From IMG/VR virus record IMGVR_UViG_3300021591_000018, positions 1 to 64,000 of that record: a stretch of 64,000 nt of DNA; one strand, given 5' to 3'. The DNA comes from a virus. Under the pieces are notes generated by a model. That model was not told where the DNA came from, did no database searches, and was given only the letters and a program-made list of their open reading frames with translations. Below, piece after piece: positions 27,102 to 37,310 of the stretch; position 1 is the stretch's first letter, and each line of letters opens with the position of its first letter. A program made the position numbers and the translations under genes.

Positions 27102-28166
27102 TTACTGAACTTCAACTGAGAGGATGGTCTCTTCTTCTGGGGGAACTCTGAACTCAGGCTCTGCATACACACCGAAGACGTTGATGCCAATTCTCTGCTT
27201 CGTCGTATCGACGGTCCTGTTGACGGGATCCCATCCAGGCATCGAAACGGTCCGACCGAGGACGAAGATGTGGCTTCCTGCACCGAAGTTAATGAGGCTG
27301 AAGATCTCAGGGTGAACCCAGCACATGATGCCCTCAGCAGTCAAGTCCATTAGTGTTTCGTCCTCTAGTACGAAGAAGGCATTGCCGGTTCTTGTTGGCT
27401 CACGTCTGATGAAGACGACGTCACCCTCGACGATGACAATTCGATAGTTGTCCTGTGCGTGCTGCTGATGCCACTGTGGTAGAGTTGAGCAAGTTGCTTT
27501 GAGTGAGTCTGGAGCCTTCCTTAGTATATCACAGATCGTCTCATCAGTGACATCTGGGAACTCAGACAGTTCGATCGGAGTGAACTTCGTCGCTGACGTC
27601 ATACTGCAGACGTATTTGTCCGGGAACTCGGATGTCTTTCTGGCTGCAAATCTAACAGGCGTCGTAAGTGGCGGTAGTGTGTCTGCAAGGTCGCCTCTGT
27701 GGACCATTATGCCAAGCTTCCAGTCACCACCAGAAGCTGGGCGGAACAGTCCGACAGACTGACGTAGGTAGACTGGCTGTGAGATATCGATAGTCTGTCC
27801 AGATGGCATCCTGAAGATCGGCTTCCCTGTTGCATCGACAAGTCCCTGCTGGATAGCCAACGTCGGGTTGACTTTGAAGAGCTCCAGTGCTTGCTGTCTC
27901 CTCCTTGCGAATACATCCATCTTTGCATTGTACCCAAGGAAGATGCCGTCCCACTGAACCATCCCTGGGAATCTCAACATCGTCTTCAGTTCACGGTACA
28001 GCATGAATCTGGCACGTCTCTCAACCTGGTCGGGATCCAACTTCGGATGTACCTGTGCAATCTCCTGGTAGTACTGCTGTAGTTTCTGCTGGAGCTCCGT
28101 CACCGGTATCTGCAGTTTCTGCGACCACTCAGCAATCAGTCTATTCGTCTTCTCCCTTTCACTCAT
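27102..28166 (-). CDS. Putative ssDNA-binding (RPA/OB-fold) protein
   Basis: Helical N-terminus, OB-like C-terminal strands (VIVEGDV...FFVLED...IFVLGRT...INVFGV), acidic tail; next to the recombinase-like ATPase. Confidence 0.55.
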   Translation of the reverse strand: MSEREKTNRLIAEWSQKLQIPVTELQQKLQQYYQEIAQVHPKLDPDQVERRARFMLYRELKTMLRFPGMVQWDGIFLGYNAKMDVFARRRQQALELFKVNPTLAIQQGLVDATGKPIFRMPSGQTIDISQPVYLRQSVGLFRPASGGDWKLGIMVHRGDLADTLPPLTTPVRFAARKTSEFPDKYVCSMTSATKFTPIELSEFPDVTDETICDILRKAPDSLKATCSTLPQWHQQHAQDNYRIVIVEGDVVFIRREPTRTGNAFFVLEDETLMDLTAEGIMCWVHPEIFSLINFGAGSHIFVLGRTVSMPGWDPVNRTVDTTKQRIGINVFGVYAEPEFRVPPEEETILSVEVQ

Positions 28167-28360
28167 GTTCTCTCACCTTCAGGAATTGCGTAATATTTTA
28201 CCTTGCCTCGTTTACGGACTTCTAGGTGCCCGTAAACTTCAGCAAGGCGTAAATATCGACGTAACGTAGGGAGCTTGATGTTAAGTTTCTCTGCAAGCTC
28301 CTTTGCTGTCCAAGCTTGATTTCCCAAAATAGCTTTCCAGTCAAAGTCTGTGTACTTCAT
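28163..28360 (-). CDS. Small wHTH protein
   Basis: MKYTDF...WTAKELAEKLNIKLPTLRRYLRLA...VRKRGKVKYY. Confidence 0.7.
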   Translation of the reverse strand: MKYTDFDWKAILGNQAWTAKELAEKLNIKLPTLRRYLRLAEVYGHLEVRKRGKVKYYAIPEGERT

Positions 28361-28422
28361 GACGGATCGGAAACATATGACAAGGAAAACAAACGGGGAG
28401 CTGGTGGAAGGTGCTAACCGGC

Positions 28423-28662
28423 TTACTGAATCGCCATCCAGTAAGCCTTGTTGCCCTTCCACCTCACCTCAACGAGGCCCTTCTCAGCGAGCCTCTTGAG
28501 CCTGCCGTAAGCGGTGCCTTGCTTAACACCGAGGAAGGCGGCAACCTCAGCAGTCGTCCTCGCCTCCTCGCTGAGGAACTGCAGGAGTTCCTCGTTACCG
28601 ACACCAGCTCCGGCAGGCTTCTCCTTTGGGAGCTGTAGAAACTCCTCCCGAGGGATTGGCAT
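28423..28662 (-). CDS. Small wHTH protein
   Basis: TTAEVAAFLGVKQGTAYGRLKRLAEKGLV; lies directly downstream of a TATA element. Confidence 0.8.
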   Translation of the reverse strand: MPIPREEFLQLPKEKPAGAGVGNEELLQFLSEEARTTAEVAAFLGVKQGTAYGRLKRLAEKGLVEVRWKGNKAYWMAIQ

Positions 28663-28708
28663 CGTTGCATCACCTATTCGCGTTGTTCAAGGATAAAACG
28701 TTGGTTAC

Positions 28709-28719
28709 CAATATTTAAA
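28709..28719 (-). promoter_or_regulatory. TATA element TTTAAATATTG (copy 2)
   Basis: Intergenic, upstream of the wHTH-wHTH-SSB-ATPase-DpdA-PolB run. Confidence 0.7.
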
Positions 28720-28724
28720 GTTTG

Positions 28725-28976
28725 TCAGGCATAGATTCCCGATGGTGCCTCAGACTCGTCGTAGCCATAGCCTTGTTGTGTTAGTCGCTTGGCGATCTCG
28801 AGACATCCAATCCGTGATGGCAGACTGAGTGTCTCGAGGAGATTTAGGATTGCAGTTAGTACGGCTACAGAGCGATTCTCCTCTCGCTCAATAGGCCGTA
28901 TGAGTTTGACGAGCTGTTCGACTTGCCTGTTGATGACCTCGGCTATCTGTTCTCCATTAAGTTCTTCTCGATCCAA
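28725..28976 (-). CDS. Hypothetical protein
   Basis: 83 aa ORF with GGAGG SD. Confidence 0.55.
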   Translation of the reverse strand: MDREELNGEQIAEVINRQVEQLVKLIRPIEREENRSVAVLTAILNLLETLSLPSRIGCLEIAKRLTQQGYGYDESEAPSGIYA

Positions 28977-29464
28977 CGTCCGACCTCCTCAAGTTGCTCG
29001 AGGCTTTTTGCACGATAGCAACATATCTTACCGGTGCTGAAAATGTTCAATGTCACACCGAGCTCTGGCAAACGCAAAGTTGCAGCTGGAAACGTCTCCG
29101 GTTCGTAGACGACGTTGTCGAATTTCTGCCAGAGGTCCTCGAGAATGACTGTTCGGTGAAGGTCGAAGTAAGCTACGACTTGAGCGATACGCACGTCGAC
29201 AACCTCAACGTTGTTGTAATATCTTTTAATGAGCTCCATAAGTTCATCGACGTATTTTTGATAGTTTGCAGACTTAATTCCGTTAAGTGTCACTTTTCCT
29301 GACTCTGCTAAGATAGCACGTACACCTGATGGTAACTTGAAGAAGACAGCAGTGAATCTCCACGGATCATACTTTGCCTTCGGTATGACTTGTGCAACTT
29401 CGTCGAGGTCGAATCTCCTGTTCAACTGCACTACGACTACACAGTTCTTGATGGTGTAGTCCAT
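28943..29464 (-). CDS. tbp: TATA-binding protein homolog
   Basis: Two TBP repeats: NCVV...YDPWRFTAV...SGKVTLNG and QVVA...YEPETFPAA...IFSTGKI. Confidence 0.9.
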   Translation of the reverse strand: MDYTIKNCVVVVQLNRRFDLDEVAQVIPKAKYDPWRFTAVFFKLPSGVRAILAESGKVTLNGIKSANYQKYVDELMELIKRYYNNVEVVDVRIAQVVAYFDLHRTVILEDLWQKFDNVVYEPETFPAATLRLPELGVTLNIFSTGKICCYRAKSLEQLEEVGRWIEKNLMENR

Positions 29465-30021
29465 CAGACATCACCAGCTATGAGTGCTTTGAACTCACGC
29501 TTCATCAACTCACGTAACGGTGGTGAAGGATGTGTGTCTGTTGGAACATAGTACTCGCGTACAACGTAAATCACCCAGAGATTAAGGTTGTCGATGCTAG
29601 CTTCGTCAGGAAAGTTCGACTCAAGCACTTTGACGAGCTTTATTGCCTGACATCGCTTCAGCCCAATCCGTAGTGTGAAGTAACCATTTCTTGCAGAGAG
29701 CAACAGAAAGTCAGGGTCGACTCTTGGTGTCCTTGCTACGATCGTGAATACTGTTCGGAAGTCTCGTTTCGTCAAGCTCAATGCTGTTAAGTGGACAGAA
29801 CCTTCAGTTTCTGACGACTTAAAGACGTAGATCGTCGGTAGTCCGTACTCTACTTGTATCTCCTGTAGCTTATTGAGGACGAACTGTACCTCGTCTTTCG
29901 GTATAGCGTCGAAGTCCCAGATTGTTACGTGTTTGTTTCCTTCGACTACGCTGCACACACCGTATGTGATCTCCATACGTTCACCTCTGCTGATTATTCG
30001 GATATGAAATCTCGATTCCAA
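29464..30021 (-). CDS. Possible minimal archaeo-eukaryotic primase-like protein
   Basis: hhhDFD, S...H, VD..F, TLR arrangement resembles AEP motifs I-III. Confidence 0.45.
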   Translation of the reverse strand: MESRFHIRIISRGERMEITYGVCSVVEGNKHVTIWDFDAIPKDEVQFVLNKLQEIQVEYGLPTIYVFKSSETEGSVHLTALSLTKRDFRTVFTIVARTPRVDPDFLLLSARNGYFTLRIGLKRCQAIKLVKVLESNFPDEASIDNLNLWVIYVVREYYVPTDTHPSPPLRELMKREFKALIAGDV

Positions 30022-32734
30022 ATATCGGGCTACTCGTTCTTGACTTTTCGACGTACCTTAGTGCAATTTCGCCAAGAAACTTGGTACACGCTGAGATTAT
30101 TCGAGCGTTGAGCATCTTACGTAACTGTTCCTCGGTTAACCCAACTTTACGTGCTTGTTCGACGACTGTGTCTGGGAGTATAACTTTAATATTGATCTCC
30201 ATTGCGGACCCTCAGCAATCGTTATACATGTAACGATAATATGCATGCATACATAGTAAGAAACCAATAACCAGCTGAAGTAACACAAGTAGCACCACGA
30301 TGGTTGTGTTGCGAAAAAGCGGATTGCTTAAGACTATGAGTAACGTCACAAGAGTGCCTGGAATTATCGTCACTACACCGATGAAAGTCTCAAATTCTGG
30401 ATTGTGTAGCAACTTCAAGAGTTTCTGTGGAAGCATCGTCACGAATTCAAGGATCGTCGACAGCAACCACTTCCAGAAACCCATCACCTCACCTCCAGGT
30501 ATGATCGCCTAACTCCATCCGACTCAACATACGATGGATACGGTACCCATACTCGCTTGCACTTGTAGCATCGAATCGGTCTCCTCATGTCTGTGACATT
30601 TCGAGCTCCACAGATACACTGGAATACACCAAGACGGACTTGTGTCGCTCGAACTGCTCGTTTACCTGTCACCGGTAATGCTCCGCATATGTTGACCCAT
30701 TCGGGGTGGTTAGTTAAACAAAACTCGTATCTCTTACAAGTTCCATCTTTACGCTTCATCCAGTTGGGAAGGAAGGGACACCGGTAACTTGATGCCATGC
30801 TCTCTCACACATCCTTCGGATTTCTGATTCAGGGAGGAAATAACCTCGTCTCTCAGCTTCACGCATTGCTAATTGGACCATCTCCTCAAAGTTGGTTATG
30901 GATCGTGCTAACTCAACGAGGTAGTCTTCGAATGGAAGCTCCTCTTCGACTGTCTCTGGTTTTGTAACTGACTCACCGGATATCTTTCTCTCGATCATCT
31001 GTATTAGGTGCTCACGACACAAATTATGACCAAACATATGAACGATAGCACGGTTGTTGCAGAAGTCACACTCGAGGTACGATGTAGTCGGTAGGACTTT
31101 CATTTCTTCTTCACGTATCTTTGGAACGGTTAGTCGTTGTGATTCGACGTCAGCATCAACCCTCTCTGGCGGTTTGTAGAAGTATCGTTTACATCTCGGA
31201 CAACTTCTCGGATTTGCTACTCGTGGTTTCCAAACGAACCCACAGTATGGACACTTTAGTGGCATGTGGAATCCCTCGTAACCTTGACGACTTTCCATTC
31301 GTTGGACGATTTGATATAGTTACATTCGACATAGATCACGGGACAGTTTGGATTCGAACAGTGAAACTTAGTCGAGTGTGATCCTCTCGCTTTCTTTAAT
31401 GGACGGTTACAGTCAGGGCAACGTATGATGCCATACGGGAACTTCATGTCTAGTCCCGTGTAAGATATTTGAACTTCTCGACTGTCTCAGGATCAACAAT
31501 CCCGATCTTTTCACTCGTTGGACGTTTACGGTAGAGCATCCGACGTCCTTGCTTCATGATCTGTACGTAACCAATATCCATCAGATACGTAAGTGCGGAA
31601 TATGCGGTTCTCGTTGATATGCCTGCTTCCTTTGCAATTTCCTCGACTGACTGGAACTGTGTTTCTGTAAGTGCTGACTTCACTTTCTGTATGCTTTTAT
31701 TGCTTACACGTAGGGTACCTTTCTGAAAGCCTCTCCGAGTCTCGATCCAGAGCGACTGTCTATGGCTAACGGTTCCGAAGATTTCGCTCAGTTGACGGTA
31801 GAGTTCCTTCGCTTCTTCCATAGAAAGTACGAGTTCAGTCTCACCTACACAAAGTCGTATACACCTCGTGATCTCGATATTCATCCTATCACCTCAGTGC
31901 ACACTTCACACAGAGCACTTCTCCGGTTCTGAGATCAACAGCTTTCGGTTCCCATTTACCGATTTCTCTTCCACACTTAGAACAGTATGGTGGTTTCGTC
32001 ACGAACTTGACGCCTTCCTCGATGAGCTTCTCATGTATCTGTCTCGCTAAGTCGCTGTTCTTGTATTGGAAAGCACAATAGTACGTTCCATAATCACCTT
32101 CACCGACAGCCTCGGCTATGAGTCCACCCCAAAACCTCCAAGTCGCTCTGTAAGGCTTGTCAAGTCCAGGAAATAGGATTTCCTCACCGGCTACGACAGT
32201 CCAGAGAGCTTTCCCAACCTCTTTAGTCCGTTCGAAGTGCTTATCGAGGAAAGAACGGAGGAAGTCAATTACATATCGACTTGGTTCACTCATTTCTCCT
32301 CGCCCTCTCAAACAACGCAGCGATGAACGCCTCCGTCGGTCTGTAAAATTGCTTTCTGATCATCTGTCTCGCCTTCTCTAAGTCGCCTTCTAAGATTTCA
32401 TCCAGGATATCAACAAGTCGTCGCTCTTCGAGTGAGATCATGCCATAAGGCCTATAAGGCCAATCGCGAGTAATGGCGTCTCTCAGTTCGCGAACTACTT
32501 CAAGCCGTGCCTTATGATTCGACACTCCGATCACCTACGAGGATCTCTTTTAGAGTTTGAATCGTCTCCTCTAACCGTCTTTCTAGCGATTGAAAATACT
32601 CGAGTTCTCGTTCGGCTTCTTCTCGCTTGGACCGTAGAAACTCCAAGAGGTCGTAGAGCACATCCAACATCTAGCTCACCTTTGAAGTTCTCACGTTCTA
32701 ACTTGGTAATGCTTCGACTATCGATAACTTCCAA
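29981..32734 (-). other. Run of small hypothetical ORFs (29981-30202, 30212-30487 membrane, 30484-30798, 30756-31298, 31256-31447, 31450-31884 wHTH, 31889-32311, 32286-32534), several with CxxC Zn ribbons
   Basis: Tightly abutting - strand ORFs with GGTGA/GAGG SD motifs. Confidence 0.6.
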
Positions 32735-32737
32735 CTT

Positions 32738-33142
32738 CTAGATATGACAGTCGACGATTACGACTAGTGCATCGGGATTTACATCCTTAATTACTTCGTG
32801 GAAGTCGAAGCTCTTCGTACCTTCGATTGACTCCCACCATCGTCCGTACCAAACTCCATTCTTAAGTACACAGGGTGGTTCGTCCATAGCGTCCCAGTTA
32901 ACGTACTTCGCATAAGTTGCATTACACCGTGGTTCATAGGCCGGTACATCAAGTTCTCTCAGTGGAATCCAGCCTGAATACCGACCTCCTATCACGTACC
33001 AGTCCCAGTGCCCTTGTGGGTTGTGAGGATAACTATCCACAACTTCAAGCTCTTCCCAGAACGGCATCATGGCTTCGTGTACGTCCTCAACAAGTGACTC
33101 AAGTTTACCGTGATCTATGATAACGAGTAACGGGTAATGCAT
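32738..33142 (-). CDS. Conserved viral hypothetical protein
   Basis: NPQGHWDWYVIGGRYSG...VIVDCH motif, familiar from phage proteins. Confidence 0.65.
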   Translation of the reverse strand: MHYPLLVIIDHGKLESLVEDVHEAMMPFWEELEVVDSYPHNPQGHWDWYVIGGRYSGWIPLRELDVPAYEPRCNATYAKYVNWDAMDEPPCVLKNGVWYGRWWESIEGTKSFDFHEVIKDVNPDALVVIVDCHI

Positions 33143-33146
33143 GACC

Positions 33147-33329
33147 TCACCTCCTCAACAACCTACGTAAGTCGAGTTTAGTCTCCTCCTCTCCATGCAA
33201 GATTCTCCGTATGTAGTTCCTACGATTACGTTTCCTCGGGAAGGGACTCTTGCTAAGATTAGTCTTAGGAATCTTTGGTGTTTCCCGTCTTACCTTACCT
33301 GCTTTAGTTAAGCTTCCATGAGTTGGCAT
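33147..33329 (-). CDS. rps30e: Ribosomal protein eS30
   Basis: MPTHGSLTKAGKVRRETPKIP...PRKRNRRNY matches the archaeal S30e N-terminal signature. Confidence 0.9.
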   Translation of the reverse strand: MPTHGSLTKAGKVRRETPKIPKTNLSKSPFPRKRNRRNYIRRILHGEEETKLDLRRLLRR

Positions 33330-33676
33330 CTATTCACCTTCTTTGAGTTTCTTTGTGAGCCACTCAAGGAATTCAAAGAATCCAACTCCAATTAGTACAC
33401 CGAACATCATAACTAACGGAAATGCTAGTAAGAAGAGATTTCCTAACTTACTCATCTGTCACCCTCCTCGGACAAATCCTCGACAGAAAATACGGGCACT
33501 TAGGAGGACACTCACGCCAGTCCGTCGAGATGTATTTCTCTAGGACTGGGCAGTAGACCGTTCGCATTGACGTGTGGTCTTTCATACACGTGATTTCCAA
33601 CGTTTCTCACCTCTTAGGATGTGTTCGAGGATATTCTTGACATACCATTTCCAAGCTTCGTTTGTAAACGTCACAC

Positions 33677-33967
33677 CTACACCTCCAAAGTGTAAGATCG
33701 CGGATCACCTGCCTTACAGAGAGCACCGATCCAGATTAATCCAAGAGTTCCGCGCATATCAGGATTGTAATATTGAGGTTCATCATAATCCGAATAGAAC
33801 TTATACCACTCACGGAGATAACGAAGTTCTGAGAGAAAGATTAGAGTTGCTTTGACGTAAACCTTTAACATTTCCAAGGCTCGTTTTACGAAGGGTTGAC
33901 TCAAGAACCTACGATATCGTTCAGTAGGAACAAAGACAAGTCTCTCAGTCATGTCTGAAGAGCTCAT
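33677..33967 (-). CDS. Hypothetical protein
   Basis: 96 aa ORF within the gene run. Confidence 0.5.
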   Translation of the reverse strand: MSSSDMTERLVFVPTERYRRFLSQPFVKRALEMLKVYVKATLIFLSELRYLREWYKFYSDYDEPQYYNPDMRGTLGLIWIGALCKAGDPRSYTLEV

Positions 33968-34544
33968 TTCGATACCTCAAGATTACTCTGGACAGCAAAT
34001 ACTCGGCAATTACACGGAACGCACACTTTCCAATTGCTGGTACGTATAGTCCACACCGTTCGTTACATGGTTCTAAGGTTTCAGTAGCGGCAGATAGGAA
34101 CGGACAGATCATCTCGACTTCCTCTGTCTTCTCTTCTTTCCCGTACTCTCTGTAGCCAGGTGGTACCTTTCCATCTAGGATGAGTCCAGCGACATTCTGC
34201 TCTCTCGGAACCCACTGGAAGCTTGCCATCTGTACCGACTTCAGAAGTTCTTTAGCTACATCATGGTAAAGGTAAAGTGGAGCCTTATGTACACTGTAAT
34301 GTCCAGTCATCTGTTCGATAACGAGCTGTGAGTCCCCGACGAATTCAACATTCCTTTGTTTGTTACGGAAGATTGCGTAGATGAGTGCCAAGTACTCTGC
34401 TTGGTTGTGAGTCCTCGGTATCGGTAGCCCTAGCATATCTGAAACTTCTCTGAAGGACTTTATGATGTATTGCTTTGTTGTCTCATTGGCTATACAAATC
34501 TGTTCGGTCTTCATGCTCGCATCGAAGTAGACCCTTTGCATCAC
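33945..34544 (-). CDS. rnhA: RNase HI-family protein with C-terminal Cys-rich domain
   Basis: YFDAS, THNQAEYLAL, GDSQLVIEQM, WVPREQN. Confidence 0.85.
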   Translation of the reverse strand: MMQRVYFDASMKTEQICIANETTKQYIIKSFREVSDMLGLPIPRTHNQAEYLALIYAIFRNKQRNVEFVGDSQLVIEQMTGHYSVHKAPLYLYHDVAKELLKSVQMASFQWVPREQNVAGLILDGKVPPGYREYGKEEKTEEVEMICPFLSAATETLEPCNERCGLYVPAIGKCAFRVIAEYLLSRVILRYRNELFRHD

Positions 34545-34845
34545 ACCACCACCCTACAACCAACCCATCCTCTACGTCGACACATGTAATTGCAAATTTC
34601 GGAAGATAGTCGACATCTGGTGGAATTAACTCGAGTCGAATATGGAGGAGTTCTTTCAAGTTGAACATTCTCGGTAACTGGAAGACAGCCGGTTCTTCTA
34701 CTGTAAAACTGAATGTAAACGGTTGATCACCAATCCACAATCGCATACCGAGAGGTCGTTCGACGTGTCTACGAAACAACTTCTTAAGTCGGACTTTCCA
34801 GTTTCGTGGTGTGAAGCCATCTAACAGTACGAACACTTGGTACAT
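34483..34845 (-). CDS. Hypothetical protein
   Basis: 120 aa ORF. Confidence 0.5.
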   Translation of the reverse strand: MYQVFVLLDGFTPRNWKVRLKKLFRRHVERPLGMRLWIGDQPFTFSFTVEEPAVFQLPRMFNLKELLHIRLELIPPDVDYLPKFAITCVDVEDGLVVGWWCDAKGLLRCEHEDRTDLYSQ

Positions 34846-35205
34846 TTAACTCACGACATCCTTATCGATGTAGAGTTCGAAACTCGTTATGTGGTCACTA
34901 ATCTCCTCTTCGACTCCTATCACGCTATCAAGGACACGTCGTACGATTAGATGTACCTTATAGAACGGAATCTTCACGTCGTTCTGTAGAAGTTCAGTCA
35001 TAATTTTATCGTTTATGTAGAGGTAGTCTCGCGATTTACACCTCATCAGTAAGATTGAGTTCTGCTTTACCGACGGACGAATTTCTGCAAGTGGATAGCC
35101 ACACATGGAACAAACGACGATCTTCCGGTCTTTGAAGTTACCAGGCTCGTACTTAACATCGACGAACTGGTAACACTTCGGACACCAGAACTGAACCTCC
35201 TCCAT
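34846..35205 (-). CDS. Zn-ribbon hypothetical protein
   Basis: Start moved to MEEVQFWCPKC (GGTGA SD) to avoid overlap with nrdD. Confidence 0.55.
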   Translation of the reverse strand: MEEVQFWCPKCYQFVDVKYEPGNFKDRKIVVCSMCGYPLAEIRPSVKQNSILLMRCKSRDYLYINDKIMTELLQNDVKIPFYKVHLIVRRVLDSVIGVEEEISDHITSFELYIDKDVVS

Positions 35206-35215
35206 CAACTTCACC

Positions 35216-35230
35216 TTTAAATTTCTCTCA
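35216..35230 (-). promoter_or_regulatory. TGAGAGAAATTTAAA BRE/TATA-like motif (copy 1 of 4)
   Basis: Near-identical motif at 43526-43542, 52546-52561 and 53781-53800, always at gene boundaries. Confidence 0.5.
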
Positions 35231-37306
35231 ATTAAATTTTGAGACGGTTCCATCAAACAGATGGCGTTGACGATATTCCTCCTGTTTGCCTTGATTCCAG
35301 TTCTGTACAGGACGGTAGTATCCCGTGATTCGACTGTAAACCTCACAAGTGCTCTTACATGACGGACAGACGTCATGATGTCCTGGCCAATATCCACAGT
35401 TCGGACAGATACTGAACGTAGGTGTGATGGTTACGTACGGTAGACGGAAACTGTAGAAGATTCGTCGTATGAGCTTGCTACATCCTTCCCAGGATGGCAA
35501 AGCTTCTCCTAGCCAGGTGTGGAAGACAGTCCCTCCAGTGTAAAGCTCCTGTAGAAGTTCCTGATGTTCGAGTGCCTCAGCAAGGCTGAACTCTACCCAC
35601 ACCGGCAGTTGTGTTGAGTTCGTATAGTATGGCGTCTCCTTACCTGACGTGTAGATATCATCGAACATCTGTCGATCAATCAACGCCAATCTATAACTGC
35701 AACTCTCAGCAGGAGTTGCCTCCAGATTGTAGAGGTGACCAGTCTCTTCCTGGAAGTCAACTAAACGTTCACGCATGAACATGAGGACGTCAATCATGAA
35801 CTCACGTCCCTCGTCAGTCTCAATTCCCTTACCGAGGTAGTTCATACAGCACTCATGCCCACCAACGATTCCAATCGTTGAGAAGTGATTTGTCCAGTAG
35901 CTACCTGTTGCATCTTTAATCGGTTGAAGGTACTTTTGTGAGTATGGATAGAGTCCAACTTCAGTTAACTTCTCGACTGTTTTACGTTTCAACTCAAGGC
36001 TTTCCTTTGCAAGTTGCATCAATTCGTCCAACATCTCGAAGAATTCATCATCGTCGTTTGCTATGTAACCAATTCGTGGGAGGTTAATCGTCACGACTCC
36101 AATTGAGCCTGTCATTGGGTTTGCTCCGAAATACCCTCCACCTTTCCTGTAGAGTTGACGTGTGTCCAGACGGAGACGACAACACATACTACGCACTTGG
36201 TCTGGACTCATGTCGCTGTTGATAAAGTTCGCAAAGTAAGGCGATCCATACTTCGCAACCAACTTCCAGAGGGACTCGTCGTCCCAAGTGAAGTCAGGTG
36301 TCACGTTATACGTTACTATCGGAAATGTAAAGATCCGTCCATTTGCGTCTCCCTCGTACATGGCTTCACAATAGACTTCGTTGAACAAGTCGACCTCGTC
36401 CTGAAAGTCACCGTAGACGTCGCCTTTCAACTCACCTCCACAGATTACGGCTTCATTCTCCATAAACTTCGGAACGATTCGGTCGAACGTCACATTGGTG
36501 AATGGCGTTTGGAACCCGACTCTCGTCGGAACGTTCATGTTGAAGAGGAACTCCTGTAGCTCTTGTTTCACTTCATCTCGAGTAAGTCCATCGTATCGTA
36601 TGAATGGTGCGAGATACGTATCGACGTTGCTGAATGCTTGTGCACCAGCAGCCTCTCCTTGTAACGTATAGAGGAAGTTCCAAATCTGTCCAAGTGCACT
36701 ACTGAAGTGCTTAGGTGGTTTACTCTTGATCTTTCCGAAGACACCACCAAAACCTTCGATTAACAGTTGTCGTAAGTCCCATCCGACACAGTACGGACCA
36801 AGTACACCAAGGTCATGTATGTGGAAGTCACCGTCCTGGTGAGCTTTACGAATCCCAGGTGGATAAACTCTCATCAACCAATACTCTGAGATGCTACGCT
36901 GTACGAGGTAGCAATTCAAACCTTGCATCGAGTAACCGATGTTCGCATTCTCCCGAACCATCCAGCTGCTACGATTGAGATACTCGTCAATAACGTCACC
37001 TGACTCGATGAGATGTGCCAATCTCCGCATTGTCATACGTTGTTCTCTGTAAAGTATGTATGCTCTTGCAACCTCATAGTATCCATGCTTCATGAGGACT
37101 TTCTCTACGATGTCCTGAATCTCCTCGACAGTCGGGACTCCATCGTCTCCAAATCGTCGTCCTATGTACCAGAGAACAGAGTTGACGAGTTTTTCGACGT
37201 CTCCTCTCGTACCTACTGCTCGGAAAGCTTTCTCTATAGCTGTCCTGATCCTCTCACGGTCAAACTCAACAAGACGACCGTTTCTCTTTCGAACGTACTT
37301 TACCAT
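35228..37306 (-). CDS. nrdD: Class III (anaerobic) ribonucleotide reductase with ATP cone
   Basis: VRKRNG ATP cone, HIHDL, YCVGW, SMCCRL, EATPAES, CPNC..CPSC, YSRITGYY glycyl-radical loop. Confidence 0.95.
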   Translation of the reverse strand: MVKYVRKRNGRLVEFDRERIRTAIEKAFRAVGTRGDVEKLVNSVLWYIGRRFGDDGVPTVEEIQDIVEKVLMKHGYYEVARAYILYREQRMTMRRLAHLIESGDVIDEYLNRSSWMVRENANIGYSMQGLNCYLVQRSISEYWLMRVYPPGIRKAHQDGDFHIHDLGVLGPYCVGWDLRQLLIEGFGGVFGKIKSKPPKHFSSALGQIWNFLYTLQGEAAGAQAFSNVDTYLAPFIRYDGLTRDEVKQELQEFLFNMNVPTRVGFQTPFTNVTFDRIVPKFMENEAVICGGELKGDVYGDFQDEVDLFNEVYCEAMYEGDANGRIFTFPIVTYNVTPDFTWDDESLWKLVAKYGSPYFANFINSDMSPDQVRSMCCRLRLDTRQLYRKGGGYFGANPMTGSIGVVTINLPRIGYIANDDDEFFEMLDELMQLAKESLELKRKTVEKLTEVGLYPYSQKYLQPIKDATGSYWTNHFSTIGIVGGHECCMNYLGKGIETDEGREFMIDVLMFMRERLVDFQEETGHLYNLEATPAESCSYRLALIDRQMFDDIYTSGKETPYYTNSTQLPVWVEFSLAEALEHQELLQELYTGGTVFHTWLGEALPSWEGCSKLIRRIFYSFRLPYVTITPTFSICPNCGYWPGHHDVCPSCKSTCEVYSRITGYYRPVQNWNQGKQEEYRQRHLFDGTVSKFN

Positions 37307-37310
37307 CTGA

